From: an uncultured Caryophanaceae bacterium
GTDB lineage: Bacteria; Bacillota; Bacilli; Bacillales_A; Planococcaceae
Assembly (NCBI GenBank): GCA_963843665.1
Contig: CAWJLH010000011.1
Span: forward strand, 33,677 to 97,676
Direction: 5' to 3'
Length of the DNA: 64,000 nucleotides
This document shows positions 27,808-37,765 of this stretch, in pieces. The position numbers were made by a program, and so were the translations under genes. How positions within the stretch are numbered: position 1 is the stretch's first letter; each line of letters starts with the position of its first letter. Below the pieces are notes generated by a model. That model did not search any database. It was not told the DNA's origin and was given only the letters and a program-made list of their open reading frames with translations.

Positions 27808-29709
27808 TTATCTATCCAGAAGAAATTTACTATCATAACGAGCGAGTGCAAGCAAAGGGAAAATAAGGTGGTAGCTATGGTAGTGGATGTAGAAAGCACC
27901 GCCCATCCCTTGCCCGACCGGATAGGACAGAATCCAATCCGTTTGATTGTAGGATTTCAGCAAATAGGCGATTCCCGCATTCATTTCTGGGGTTATTTGA
28001 TCTGAAACAGCAATGAGTGCATCTAATGCCCAAGCTGTTTGAGTGACATTACTGGCTCCGAGAGGGACATATGTGGAATTGTGATCACTTTTACAAGATT
28101 CACCCCAGCCGCCGTCGGAATTTTGAATGGCAAGAAGCCAGCGAACCGCCTTTTGGATCACTGGGCTGTCTTTGCTTTCACCGGCTGCGATGAGACCGGT
28201 AATTGCCGCCCAGGTTCCGTAAATATAGCAAATACCCCAGCGGCCGTACCATGAACCGTCTTCTTCTTGATGATGAGCGAGCCATTCGACTCCACGCTTC
28301 ATCATTTCATGATTTTTAGGTAAGTCTGTGTATCCACCCAGGAATTCGAGAGTTCTTCCGGTTAAATCGGCACTACTGGAATCGGTCAATAAAAATTGTC
28401 CACCTTCAATTGGCAGCAAGTTCAGGAATGGATTGTCAACATTTTTTTCGAAGGAAGCCCATCCACCATCCTTATTCTGCATCGACATAACCCAACGGAT
28501 GCCCTTGTTCCAAGCTTGATAAAAGCTGGGTTCTGAGTGGACAAGTTGCGAAAAAGCCCTTAGTGAAGCGGTGGTGTCATCTATGTCAGGGTTTATCGTA
28601 TTACTAGCGGAGAATCCCCATCCTCCAGGTAAGACACCGGGATTATGAATGGCCCAATCGCCATAGTTGAACTGCTGCCGGCCAGCTAAGTATTGATTTG
28701 CCTTTTGTATGACCGATTCAGTAGGGGGAACGCCTGCGATTTGAAGAACATAGCTAATTAATGAGGTATTCCACACCGTTGCAGTTGTATATTGCATATG
28801 TGTATGACCATGAATTGTACACCTCATTGCTTTCAACCCTTGGATTGCCCTTACAATAATTGGATCATTGTTGGCATGACCAAGGGAGAGCAGGGCAAAG
28901 ATCATTAGAAATGTGGAACTGAAATAACTGTAAAAGGTTCCATCCGGCTCAATGTGATTGAGCATATATTGTTTCGTCCGATGGATGGCGGATGATTGGA
29001 TTGTTTGAGGTAGGCCTAGTAAGCTTTTAAGGCCATTGTCAATCATCGGAAAAAGTTCATCGATGCCTTGCCCGTCAAAAAACTCATCTGTTTCTGTTGA
29101 CAGGGAAAGGTCGGATAGATCGGGGCTCCTTTTAGTTGTTTTGATGTATTTCTTATTTGCCAATATCAGGATAGGAGCGATATTGGCCCTTCCATAGACG
29201 GAAAAATCATAAAAGTTAATCGGAAAGTGAGAGGGGAGGAGAATCACTTCAATCGGTATTGGGAAATAAACGGGCCATGGATATTGGCCAGTTAACGCCA
29301 GCATGATTTTTGTGAACAGATGCGATTTCTCAAGACCACCATTTGCTAGAATGAATTTTTTTGCTGCAAGCATCCGAGTGTCTTCCTTGCTTACATAGCC
29401 GGAATAGAGGAGGGAATAATAGGCCTCGATTGTAGCGGATACATTCCCTTCGCCCTCATCGTGAAATAGTTTCCAAGCACCGTTTGTCTCCTGCTTACTG
29501 CTGATTCTTTCTGTTAATTGATAGATCAAGTCTTCGTCATTTATATCCAATGTTCTTAATAAGATAATCATATAGGCGTCCGTCGAAATACCGGTTTCAA
29601 AAGGGTAATCCCATGAACCGTCAAGTGTCTGCTCCCTTTTTAGCTGTTCAATCAATCGCCCGATTTCAGGCTTTGCATCCTGTTTCAACGCATCATCATC
29701 TCCCTTCAT
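27808..29709 (-). CDS. sqhC: Squalene-hopene cyclase family terpene cyclase (sporulenol synthase-like)
   Basis: Catalytic DIDDTT; QW repeats QETNGAW, QNKDGGW, QEEDGSWYGRWG and QNSDGGWGE. Confidence 0.9.
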   Translation of the reverse strand: MKGDDDALKQDAKPEIGRLIEQLKREQTLDGSWDYPFETGISTDAYMIILLRTLDINDEDLIYQLTERISSKQETNGAWKLFHDEGEGNVSATIEAYYSLLYSGYVSKEDTRMLAAKKFILANGGLEKSHLFTKIMLALTGQYPWPVYFPIPIEVILLPSHFPINFYDFSVYGRANIAPILILANKKYIKTTKRSPDLSDLSLSTETDEFFDGQGIDELFPMIDNGLKSLLGLPQTIQSSAIHRTKQYMLNHIEPDGTFYSYFSSTFLMIFALLSLGHANNDPIIVRAIQGLKAMRCTIHGHTHMQYTTATVWNTSLISYVLQIAGVPPTESVIQKANQYLAGRQQFNYGDWAIHNPGVLPGGWGFSASNTINPDIDDTTASLRAFSQLVHSEPSFYQAWNKGIRWVMSMQNKDGGWASFEKNVDNPFLNLLPIEGGQFLLTDSSSADLTGRTLEFLGGYTDLPKNHEMMKRGVEWLAHHQEEDGSWYGRWGICYIYGTWAAITGLIAAGESKDSPVIQKAVRWLLAIQNSDGGWGESCKSDHNSTYVPLGASNVTQTAWALDALIAVSDQITPEMNAGIAYLLKSYNQTDWILSYPVGQGMGGAFYIHYHSYHLIFPLLALARYDSKFLLDR

Positions 29710-29783
29710 AAAGGTCGCTCATATACATATATATACCTGTTTAGAATCAGGTATGACGATAGAATTCGTAGCGGAGGTGACCC

Positions 29784-30941
29784 ATGTTCACTATATTAAG
29801 AAAGATTGGAGGAAAACGGAGACTTCCGGAAAACTTACTTTCTATAAAAAAGGATTTAATGAATGATGATCGTGTTTCGATACAGGAAGAGCAGAACTTG
29901 TCCAATGAAGATCAGCTACTACTCCAATCAATCCGGTTAAAAACTGAACGGTTAAATGTAAATAATATTACCAGAACAAAAGCTTACCTCGACTTTTATA
30001 CGATTCATCCAGAAATCCACTGGGCATTCCTTGGCCATATGGTATCAAGGAATGGTGGATGGAACATGACAGACCTAAATGGAGAATTTCTTTCTAGACT
30101 GATGCACCAACAAACGAAACAAGATTTTTTCTCGTTTTTGGAACGTGGAAACTGGTTGATATTCCAGGATGCCTATCCACAGTTTCTACTCTATGGGGAG
30201 AGCAAATTCCAAAATCGGAATCTATTTTATTTATTGCCTTACTTGGAAGTCTCCCGATTTATGGAAGTGATTTGGAATCATTTCTGGAGAGACAGAGATT
30301 GCTATATCCTTGCAATTGCGCTCGTCATAAATGAACAAAATTACTTGGAGAGCAGAATCGTGCAAAATCCTTTATATAGGAAAAAGGTTATTCAGACGCT
30401 GGAATTCATGCTTCAAGATTTTTTATCATTCAATCATATATTGTTTCCATACAATGAGATTGGAAAGCAGGGAGGGAAGGCGGCTCTTGTTGGACTGACG
30501 CTCCATTATTTCGGTTCACTTCATGAGCGTATTATACTTGGAAAGCGACTCTACCAATTGTTGTTTCAAGACAGGGAATTGCTAGAGGACGTGCATCGCT
30601 GGGCATCCGCGCATCCGCATACGGGGTCACGAAAGGATTATTGGCCGGATGTCTTTAATGATGTAAACGAAGGAGTGCCCGGAGCACCGATGACGAAAAG
30701 GCTAAAATCTTGCCTGTTAAGAAAGGGTGCGCTTCGGTTGTTTAGTCCGAGGCTTGAGTATGCGTGGCATACTGTCAACCATGCTACGGCAGAATCTGGT
30801 GAATGGTATGAGCATTGGTATATGATTGAATATTTATTAGAAGAAAAAGTACCGATCAATGGAAAGATAGTGGGGGGGTACTGTGAGACACTTGAAAAGC
30901 TCGAGCTTGCAACAATCGCCAAAACGACGATTTTTACGTAA
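29784..30941 (+). CDS. DUF2515 family protein
   Basis: NNITRTKAYLDFY..HPEIHWAFL.HMVSRNGGWNMTDL and HTGSR.DYW; RBS GGAGGTG. Confidence 0.8.
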   Translation: MFTILRKIGGKRRLPENLLSIKKDLMNDDRVSIQEEQNLSNEDQLLLQSIRLKTERLNVNNITRTKAYLDFYTIHPEIHWAFLGHMVSRNGGWNMTDLNGEFLSRLMHQQTKQDFFSFLERGNWLIFQDAYPQFLLYGESKFQNRNLFYLLPYLEVSRFMEVIWNHFWRDRDCYILAIALVINEQNYLESRIVQNPLYRKKVIQTLEFMLQDFLSFNHILFPYNEIGKQGGKAALVGLTLHYFGSLHERIILGKRLYQLLFQDRELLEDVHRWASAHPHTGSRKDYWPDVFNDVNEGVPGAPMTKRLKSCLLRKGALRLFSPRLEYAWHTVNHATAESGEWYEHWYMIEYLLEEKVPINGKIVGGYCETLEKLELATIAKTTIFT

Positions 30942-31335
30942 TGCAAGTTTGTATATCCCTGCTTTATTAGTTGCGTCTTTGTTGGGCACATATTTGGATT
31001 TGTTTTTTGTGGGTAATAACATGTATGCGTTCCCGGTACGGCCTTTCCCTGCTGTATTTTCGATAAATATTGCTTTTACATTACTAATCCTTCCCTTTTT
31101 CACATGGTTTTTTCTCTTTATCATCGAGAAATTGTCAATGTGGGGGAGACCTGTTTTCATTCTTCTGCTCAGTATACTTGCACCAATTATGGAGAAATTC
31201 GCGGTACATTGGGGGTTTTTCAGTCATTCTGATCATTGGAACCCTGTGTATTCCCTTGTAGGCTATTTTTTGTTCCTCATACTGATTTGGAAATTTTTCA
31301 ATTGGAGCAAAGCAAGGAATGGAAATTCTCTGTAA
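30883..31335 (+). CDS. Membrane protein (CBO0543-like)
   Basis: Four hydrophobic segments with YLDLFFV...Y.FP.RP and H..W..VYS. Overlaps the upstream gene; start uncertain. Confidence 0.65.
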   Translation: MRHLKSSSLQQSPKRRFLRNASLYIPALLVASLLGTYLDLFFVGNNMYAFPVRPFPAVFSINIAFTLLILPFFTWFFLFIIEKLSMWGRPVFILLLSILAPIMEKFAVHWGFFSHSDHWNPVYSLVGYFLFLILIWKFFNWSKARNGNSL

Positions 31336-31556
31336 TTTCATACTATCTTATTTGTATGAGTAACTATCACCTGAAACTAAAAAATCGCTTATAAATTCAT
31401 TATTTACCATATGTCCCACCCAAAAAAACTTGCGAAAACAAAAAAAGTATTTTATTGTAAATAAGGAAATATTGACGAAGGCATTCCTTCTACATTGAAA
31501 TAGAATTACAATGTAGAAAAACAAAAGATTTTACTGGTACCAAAGGAGATATACAG

Positions 31557-32045
31557 GTGATTTTTGAAAAAAATAATAGAATCCGAAAAAAAATATTCAA
31601 ATCGATTGATGGACTTACGGACGAACAGTTCAACAAGATCCCTTCCAATGGCGGATGGTCGCCCAAACAAATCATTGAACATCTTGTACGTATGGAAACA
31701 GTAATTGCTACAAATATATTGAAAGAATTAAAGAATCCCGATAGTCCAAAATCGTTGACTAAACCGATTGCATTGTCTACGATTCGTATCGTGAAAGTGA
31801 AAGCCCCAGAATATACCGTGCCCACTGAAGTGTTCAAGTCCAAACTGGAGATGCAAAATGAACTTTATGAGTCACGTCTCTTCCTATTAGATGTTTATGA
31901 ATCTAGCACAGACGACGAACTTCGGGAGAAATCAATGAAACACCCAATCTTTGGTCAAGTTCCATTGATACAATGGTTTTTATTTGTCGGAATGCATGAA
32001 AAACGACATTTTAAACAGTTGAAGAAAACGATAGAAACGGACTAA
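31557..32045 (+). CDS. DinB family protein
   Basis: WSPKQIIEHL, HP.FG and HEKRH..Q. Confidence 0.88.
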   Translation: MIFEKNNRIRKKIFKSIDGLTDEQFNKIPSNGGWSPKQIIEHLVRMETVIATNILKELKNPDSPKSLTKPIALSTIRIVKVKAPEYTVPTEVFKSKLEMQNELYESRLFLLDVYESSTDDELREKSMKHPIFGQVPLIQWFLFVGMHEKRHFKQLKKTIETD

Positions 32046-32120
32046 AAGCGGAAATCAGCCATCTATGAGAATGGCTGATTCCTTTTTATTTGAAAATCGA
32101 GCAGAAAAGAAGGAGTTAGT

Positions 32121-33494
32121 ATGACAGCAACTACGGGAAAGAAAGATATTGGCAAAAAGCTGAACTTATTTCATTTGACGTGGCCGATTTTTTTGGAAGT
32201 TTTTCTTTTTATGTTAATGGGAATTGCAGATACCTTCATGTTAAGTGCATTGTCAGACAACGCGGTGTCAGGCGTGGGGGCTGCAAATCAGTATATTCAT
32301 ATTGCAATACTCATCCTTGAGGTGGTTGGGAATGGGGCGGCGATTGTCGTCTCACAATATATTGGGTCGAAAAGATACCTCGAAGCATCAAAAATTTCAG
32401 CGTTAGCAGTTACGTTGAATTTGATTGTCGGGCTCATTATGAGTGTCCTTTTTGTCATCTTCTCAAGAAATATTATGATTGCCATGAATTTGCAAGGAGA
32501 TGTGCTAGATTACGCTACCAAATACCTGATTATTGTAGGAGGTGCCATTTTCCTGCAAGCGATTATTAACTCATTGGCTGCCATCATTCGCGTACACGGT
32601 TTTACAAAACAGACAATGCTAGTTTCGCTAGGGATGAATGTTTTTCACGTAGTTGGGAACTATTTGCTCATTTTCGGGAAGTTCGGTTTTCCGGAATTAG
32701 GTGTGCAAGGGGCTGCGATTTCTTCAGTCGTCAGTCGTCTACTCGCGATGCTTGTGTTTTTCTGGTTGCTGTATAGAGTGATGGAATATCGGGTGGAATT
32801 CCGCTATTACATAACCTTGTCAAAAGAATATATCCGCAAAATATTACAGATCGGCATTCCGTCCGCATTTGAACAAATCATGTACCAAGGTTGCCAAATC
32901 ATCTTTTTATATTACGTCACCTATTTAGGGGCGGAATCATTAGCGGCAAGGCAATATGCGGTGAACATCTCGATGTTTACGTATCTGTTCGCCATTGCAA
33001 TCGGGATGGGAACCGCAATCATTGTTGGCCGTTTTGTCGGTGGTGATGAAAAAGAAGAGGCATACAAGAGTGTACGGACAAGCGTTAAGTGGGCACTGCT
33101 ATTTACACTTTTCATGGTGACGCTCGTCATGATCTTCCGCTATCCGTTGCTGAAGCTATTTACGGATAATCCGGACGTCATTGAGATAGGAGCAACCGTT
33201 TTGTTACTCAGTATTTTGCTTGAAACGGGTCGAACGATGAATATTGTAATTATCAACTCGTTACGTGCAGCCGGGGATGCAAAATATCCCGTCATCATCG
33301 GTGCATTTTCCATGGTAGCAATGAGTTTGCCTTTAGGTTACTTGTTAGTGTTCCAATGGAACCTGGGGCTCGTCGGTATCTGGCTGGCAATTGCTATGGA
33401 TGAATGGATACGGGCTACAATTATGTACTTCCGCTGGAAAAGTAGAAGATGGGAAAGATATGCGCTCGTTTCACCGAATAAGAAAATTGGATGA
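32121..33494 (+). CDS. MATE family efflux transporter
   Basis: DT.ML, VSQYIG, FGFPELGVQGAA, GIPSAFE and LRAAGD. Confidence 0.93.
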   Translation: MTATTGKKDIGKKLNLFHLTWPIFLEVFLFMLMGIADTFMLSALSDNAVSGVGAANQYIHIAILILEVVGNGAAIVVSQYIGSKRYLEASKISALAVTLNLIVGLIMSVLFVIFSRNIMIAMNLQGDVLDYATKYLIIVGGAIFLQAIINSLAAIIRVHGFTKQTMLVSLGMNVFHVVGNYLLIFGKFGFPELGVQGAAISSVVSRLLAMLVFFWLLYRVMEYRVEFRYYITLSKEYIRKILQIGIPSAFEQIMYQGCQIIFLYYVTYLGAESLAARQYAVNISMFTYLFAIAIGMGTAIIVGRFVGGDEKEEAYKSVRTSVKWALLFTLFMVTLVMIFRYPLLKLFTDNPDVIEIGATVLLLSILLETGRTMNIVIINSLRAAGDAKYPVIIGAFSMVAMSLPLGYLLVFQWNLGLVGIWLAIAMDEWIRATIMYFRWKSRRWERYALVSPNKKIG

Positions 33495-33878
33495 AAGCAG
33501 ATAATCCTTCTAGAACAAACGTATGCGTAGGTTGAACAAAGGAATACAACGTAGGCGAACTCTAGCGACGAAACGGATTTGATGGTATTCATTTGTACAA
33601 TATAGATAGTTGGAATTTATTGAGCATTCCTCGAAATGAGGAATGCTTTTTTTGATTGAATTTAAATTTGCAACAAAAATATAGTGAAAACAAATAAAGA
33701 TTTATTGCAATTCGATAAAATCTATAGTAAAATCAAATTTGTAATAAATAGAGAGGTGCTTATTTGTAGGACGAGAAACATTCTTTTTTTAGGATAGTTA
33801 TTTATTGAACGATGAATTTCTAATAGGAATTAGTTTATATCTTTCTAGTAATCACAGAAAGGATTGAAGGGGAGGAGC

Positions 33879-34460
33879 ATGATGGGAGAAAAAGAGATTT
33901 ATCTCCTTTTAACGGATACAGGAACGATTTTAACAAGGCTGATTAAGTCATATACAAAAAAACCTTATAATCATGCCTCAATCGTTTTTGATACTGAATT
34001 AGTTGAGGTATATAGTTTTGGTAGAAAAACAGCGAAGAACCCTTATATTGGAGGATTTGTTCGAGAAGATATTCATTCCGTTTTATTTAAACAAGCAGAT
34101 TGTGCAATCTATTCATTAACCGTAACAAATGACGAATTTCAAAAGATGTATCAATATATCCAAGAAATGGCTGTCAAAAAGGAGTGTTATCGCTATAATT
34201 TTATAGGATTATTTGGTGTACTGTTTAAAAAACCGATAAAAAGAAAGAACGCTTTCTTCTGTTCTCAATTTGTGGCATCTGTCCTAAAGGAAAGTAACGC
34301 CATTGACTTTGAAAAAGATCTTTCCCTAGTTGAACCAAGTGACTTGCCTTATTCAGCAAATTTCCAATTGATTTATGAAGGCAGATTAAAAGATTATCAA
34401 AATAGAGGCATGAAGGGAAGAGTTCAAGTAACTTTTCCAGTAGTCCCGGTCAAAATGTAA
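33879..34460 (+). CDS. Permuted papain-like (NlpC/P60, YiiX/YebB-like) amidase candidate
   Basis: His motif YNHASI precedes Cys motif FFCSQFV; RBS GGAGG. Confidence 0.65.
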   Translation: MMGEKEIYLLLTDTGTILTRLIKSYTKKPYNHASIVFDTELVEVYSFGRKTAKNPYIGGFVREDIHSVLFKQADCAIYSLTVTNDEFQKMYQYIQEMAVKKECYRYNFIGLFGVLFKKPIKRKNAFFCSQFVASVLKESNAIDFEKDLSLVEPSDLPYSANFQLIYEGRLKDYQNRGMKGRVQVTFPVVPVKM

Positions 34461-34535
34461 TTCGATGATATTGCATTTTGCTATATGTGTTAAGTGATGA
34501 AGTCAAATTAATAATAAATAGGTGAGGTGCTTTAT

Positions 34536-35018
34536 ATGAAACGAGGTTCAACAAACTTTTTAAAAATAGCTGTTGTTTTTCTTGGAATCCCAATACTAGC
34601 TGTATGTATATTTGTGTTGCCTACACTAGCGAAAGATGCAGCAGAAAGTAATTCAGAGTTCGCTTATGTAGTATATGGATTTGTAACCGTTATGTATGTA
34701 TCGGCGATACCGTATTTTGTTGCATTGTATCAAGCATTTAAACTGTTAAATTATATTGACAAGAACAAAGCATTCTCGGAAATATCTGTAAAACACTTAA
34801 AAAATATAAAACATTGTGCAATCACAATCAGTGGTTTGCATGTAATTGGACTGCCATTCATCTTTATCTTTGCGCAGTTAGACGACGCCCCGGGTGTGGT
34901 ATTGGTTGGAATGCTTTTTATTTTTGCTCCAATGGTTATCGCTGTCTTTGCTGCTGTTCTACAAAGATTTTTGCAAGAAGCGATTACCATAAAATCTGAA
35001 AATGATTTAACGGTCTGA
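34536..35018 (+). CDS. DUF2975 membrane protein
   Basis: Four TM segments; ending A..IKSENDLTV; adjacent to an HTH gene. Confidence 0.88.
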   Translation: MKRGSTNFLKIAVVFLGIPILAVCIFVLPTLAKDAAESNSEFAYVVYGFVTVMYVSAIPYFVALYQAFKLLNYIDKNKAFSEISVKHLKNIKHCAITISGLHVIGLPFIFIFAQLDDAPGVVLVGMLFIFAPMVIAVFAAVLQRFLQEAITIKSENDLTV

Positions 35019-35028
35019 GGTGAAGAAA

Positions 35029-35250
35029 ATGGCGATTATAATCAATATTGATGTGATGCTGGCTAAGAGAAAAATGAGTGTGACAGAACTTTCGGGGAGG
35101 GTCGGAATAACTATGGCTAACCTTTCCATATTGAAAAATGGAAAGGCAAGAGCGATTCGATTATCAACCTTAGAGGCAATTTGTAAGGCATTGGATTGTC
35201 AGCCTGGAGATGTTTTAGAATACAAAAGCGATGTAGCCACAAATGCATAA
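35029..35250 (+). CDS. Cro/C1-type HTH transcriptional regulator (YozG-like)
   Basis: GITMANLSILKNGKARAIRLSTL..IC..L.CQPGD. Confidence 0.92.
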   Translation: MAIIINIDVMLAKRKMSVTELSGRVGITMANLSILKNGKARAIRLSTLEAICKALDCQPGDVLEYKSDVATNA

Positions 35251-35285
35251 TAAAGTAGAATTAAATAAAAAGAACATAACAGAAA

Positions 35286-35311
35286 AGAGCTTGGTGAGAT
35301 AACCAAGCTCT
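35286..35311. repeat. Left copy of 26-bp hairpin direct repeat flanking the IS
   Basis: AGAGCTTGGTGAGATAACCAAGCTCT, identical to 36776-36801. Confidence 0.95.
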
Positions 35312-36775
35312 ATTTTGTTAATTAATGTATTATGTGCGAAAAATAGCCTTATCTCATAGCTGTCTCAATTCCTATCATGCCCTTGTTGGCGTTTTCCACG
35401 TCCAGCTGGCGAACTTCTTAAGATTTTGGGCAGCGAAAGTAAGCATCGCCTGCATGGACAATTTTTTTAGCCCCCTTAGGGTTGTCCATCGCATGCCATG
35501 CTTTTCTTTGCTGTCGGCAAAGACGCGTTCTACGGTCTCTTTACGCTTCCCATATATTTCTTTGATTTGATGATTGTGCCTTAAATCTTCAGCTGTATCC
35601 AGATAGTCTTGCCATATATGACGCTGGATCATCTTTTGTTGATTCTTACTTTGTGTGCATTGGCTGATTACTGGACATGATGCGCAAATAGAAGGAGTTG
35701 ATGCATATTGGCGGTATCCTTCCTTTGTGGTCGTCCGATATTTTAGGACCTGTCCTTCTGGACAGATATAGCAGTCATAGTGCTCATCATAGACATACTC
35801 ATGTTTTTTGAAGAAGCCTTCCTTGGTCATCGGTCGTTTGTATGGAAGTGCAGGAAGGATCTGATTCTCTAGAAGAAAGTTTGCAATAGCTGGTGTTTTG
35901 TAGGCTGCATCAGCGGCAACGACAACTGGACGTCTTACCGTATCGATGATTTTCTGGACTAGCGGTTGAAGCATGTGACTGTCGTGAACATTACCTGGAG
36001 TAACTATGTTTGCGAGCACAAATCCCTTTTCATCCGTCGCTGCATGGAAAGAATAGGCAAACTGTTTTGTCCGTTCGTCTTTTACGTAGTAGCCACTCTC
36101 CGGGTCTGTTGTTGACTCCTTGATCTCCTTGTACTCTTCCTTTTCAAACTTTTCTAGAGGGAACGGTTTCTTCCCATTCTCTTCTCGGTCAATGTTGAGC
36201 TCCTCCTGGAGCTTCTTCTCATATGCTTTACTCTCTTTACGGACGACCTTCTTTTGAAACTTTTGTTTGTTCGCACTCGCTTTTACATGGGTAGAATCGA
36301 TGAAGACGTGATTTGAGCTAAGGAGCCCGCGATCTGCAACTTCCTTCAACACTTTATAGAAAATCTGTTCGAATAGATCTGTGTCTGCGAAACGACGGAC
36401 ATAGTTTTTTCCGAACGTGGAGAAATGGGGAACCTCAGTATGGAAACCAAAGCCGAGAAACCAGCGGTATGCCATGTTCGTTTCAATCTCTTTAATGGTC
36501 TGGCGCATAGATCTTATGCCGAAGGTATATTGGATGAATGTCATTTTAATCAATACCACTGGATCGATGCTAGGTCTCCCTACTGTCGAGTAAAGGTCCT
36601 CAACCAATGGATAGATGAATGAAAAATCAATTGCTGCATCTAATTTGCGAACAAGATGATCTTGCGGGACCAGCTGTTCAATGGTCAGCATTTCCATCTG
36701 TTCGCGTTCGTTGATCTGATTCTTCGTCATCATATCCATCACCTCATTTATTTTTTAGGAGACACTGTTGATTGG
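35312..36775 (-). mobile_element. IS1182-family insertion sequence (about 1.46 kb)
   Basis: A single transposase bounded by identical 26-bp repeats. Exact ends depend on how the repeat is interpreted. Confidence 0.88.
35375..36742 (-). CDS. IS1182-family DDE transposase
   Basis: PQDHLVRK, GRPSIDP, AYRWFLG, IDSTHVKASA, ADAAY and KRKETVERVFADSKE.HG.R. Confidence 0.93.
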   Translation of the reverse strand: MMDMMTKNQINEREQMEMLTIEQLVPQDHLVRKLDAAIDFSFIYPLVEDLYSTVGRPSIDPVVLIKMTFIQYTFGIRSMRQTIKEIETNMAYRWFLGFGFHTEVPHFSTFGKNYVRRFADTDLFEQIFYKVLKEVADRGLLSSNHVFIDSTHVKASANKQKFQKKVVRKESKAYEKKLQEELNIDREENGKKPFPLEKFEKEEYKEIKESTTDPESGYYVKDERTKQFAYSFHAATDEKGFVLANIVTPGNVHDSHMLQPLVQKIIDTVRRPVVVAADAAYKTPAIANFLLENQILPALPYKRPMTKEGFFKKHEYVYDEHYDCYICPEGQVLKYRTTTKEGYRQYASTPSICASCPVISQCTQSKNQQKMIQRHIWQDYLDTAEDLRHNHQIKEIYGKRKETVERVFADSKEKHGMRWTTLRGLKKLSMQAMLTFAAQNLKKFASWTWKTPTRA

Positions 36776-36801
36776 AGAGCTTGGTGAGATAACCAAGCTC
36801 T
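36776..36801. repeat. Right copy of 26-bp hairpin direct repeat flanking the IS
   Basis: AGAGCTTGGTGAGATAACCAAGCTCT. Confidence 0.95.
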
Positions 36802-36842
36802 TTTCTGTGAATTTACGCATGTTTTTCTTTTAACAGGTCAGT

Positions 36843-37139
36843 TTAGTCGATTGAAGCGGTAATTCCTTCGCCCTCATGGAACAGTAACTCGATACTAGTT
36901 GCAAAAGGATCCTTGTTCAAATATTCATCGATCCACAAACGCAGTGCAGCAATGATATCCGCTGTCATGAACACCTGTTGCTGTCCGTTTACTGTGACTT
37001 CTGCTGAAAAACTTTGCGCTTCCTCATCGTCATAGTAAAGTTCGACTTCAACTTCCTCGGGCATGGCGTACTTTTTACGAGCGTGATAAAGGCAAATGGC
37101 ATTAATGATATCTTGCTCGGAAATCATTAACTTCTCCAT
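36843..37139 (-). CDS. YxcD/DUF2653 family protein
   Basis: ISEQDIINAIC, VEVEL.YD and FSAEV. Confidence 0.75.
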   Translation of the reverse strand: MEKLMISEQDIINAICLYHARKKYAMPEEVEVELYYDDEEAQSFSAEVTVNGQQQVFMTADIIAALRLWIDEYLNKDPFATSIELLFHEGEGITASID

Positions 37140-37582
37140 GGGTTAACATCCTCTTTTTTCTTTTTAGCCTTCAGAAGGTCAAAGATTTTCTTGATGATTA
37201 CAACGATAAAGATGATTGCGAGCGCATTGATGGCGAAACCTAAAATGGATCCAAGTATGCCCATATTGGCAAAGAGGCTACCGAATAGCAAGCCAGCAAT
37301 TCCACCGATGAAGAGTCCTTTCATTAGTCCTCCGTTCATGAAACCGCCGTTTTTCTTTGCTGTATTTGATGATTTAGCGGCAGTGGAAGAATCGTCTTTT
37401 TTTGTTTGACTATCCGATTTGTTGATCTGGTTTGTATTATTGGTGCTATTATTCGTATTGAAGCTTTTCTTTCCGGACTTGTACCGTTTTGCTTCGGCTG
37501 TCGTGTGATCATTGAAAACATAGTTTCCAAGTGGTGATACGAGAAGCGTTAGCACCAGCAATGCTGCGAATAATTTTTTCAT
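37127..37582 (-). CDS. Exported/membrane hypothetical protein
   Basis: Signal peptide, AK.YKSGKKSF, low-complexity linker, GLMKGLFIGGIAGLLFG TM segments. Confidence 0.8.
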   Translation of the reverse strand: MKKLFAALLVLTLLVSPLGNYVFNDHTTAEAKRYKSGKKSFNTNNSTNNTNQINKSDSQTKKDDSSTAAKSSNTAKKNGGFMNGGLMKGLFIGGIAGLLFGSLFANMGILGSILGFAINALAIIFIVVIIKKIFDLLKAKKKKEDVNPWRS

Positions 37583-37765
37583 AATTTAAACCCTCCGTTA
37601 GTTTTGTATGAGTTTTTAAGTACATACCTTCATACCTAGTCTATACTATATTTACGTTACAATCCAAAGAAAGTTTCACTTTTTCATGTGAATAATATGT
37701 TAAGATATAGTTTTGTACTGGGAGTTGTAGTTTTTTTATTTTACCAAGGAAAAGGTGGATTACAT

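Noticed and set aside
33745-33830. AGAGGTGC in a long leader, reminiscent of the start of a lysine riboswitch
   Set aside because: None of the following conserved stems are present and the region is AT-rich.
35286-36801. Repeated 26-bp palindrome as a CRISPR repeat
   Set aside because: Only two copies, separated by a transposase; no spacers or cas genes.
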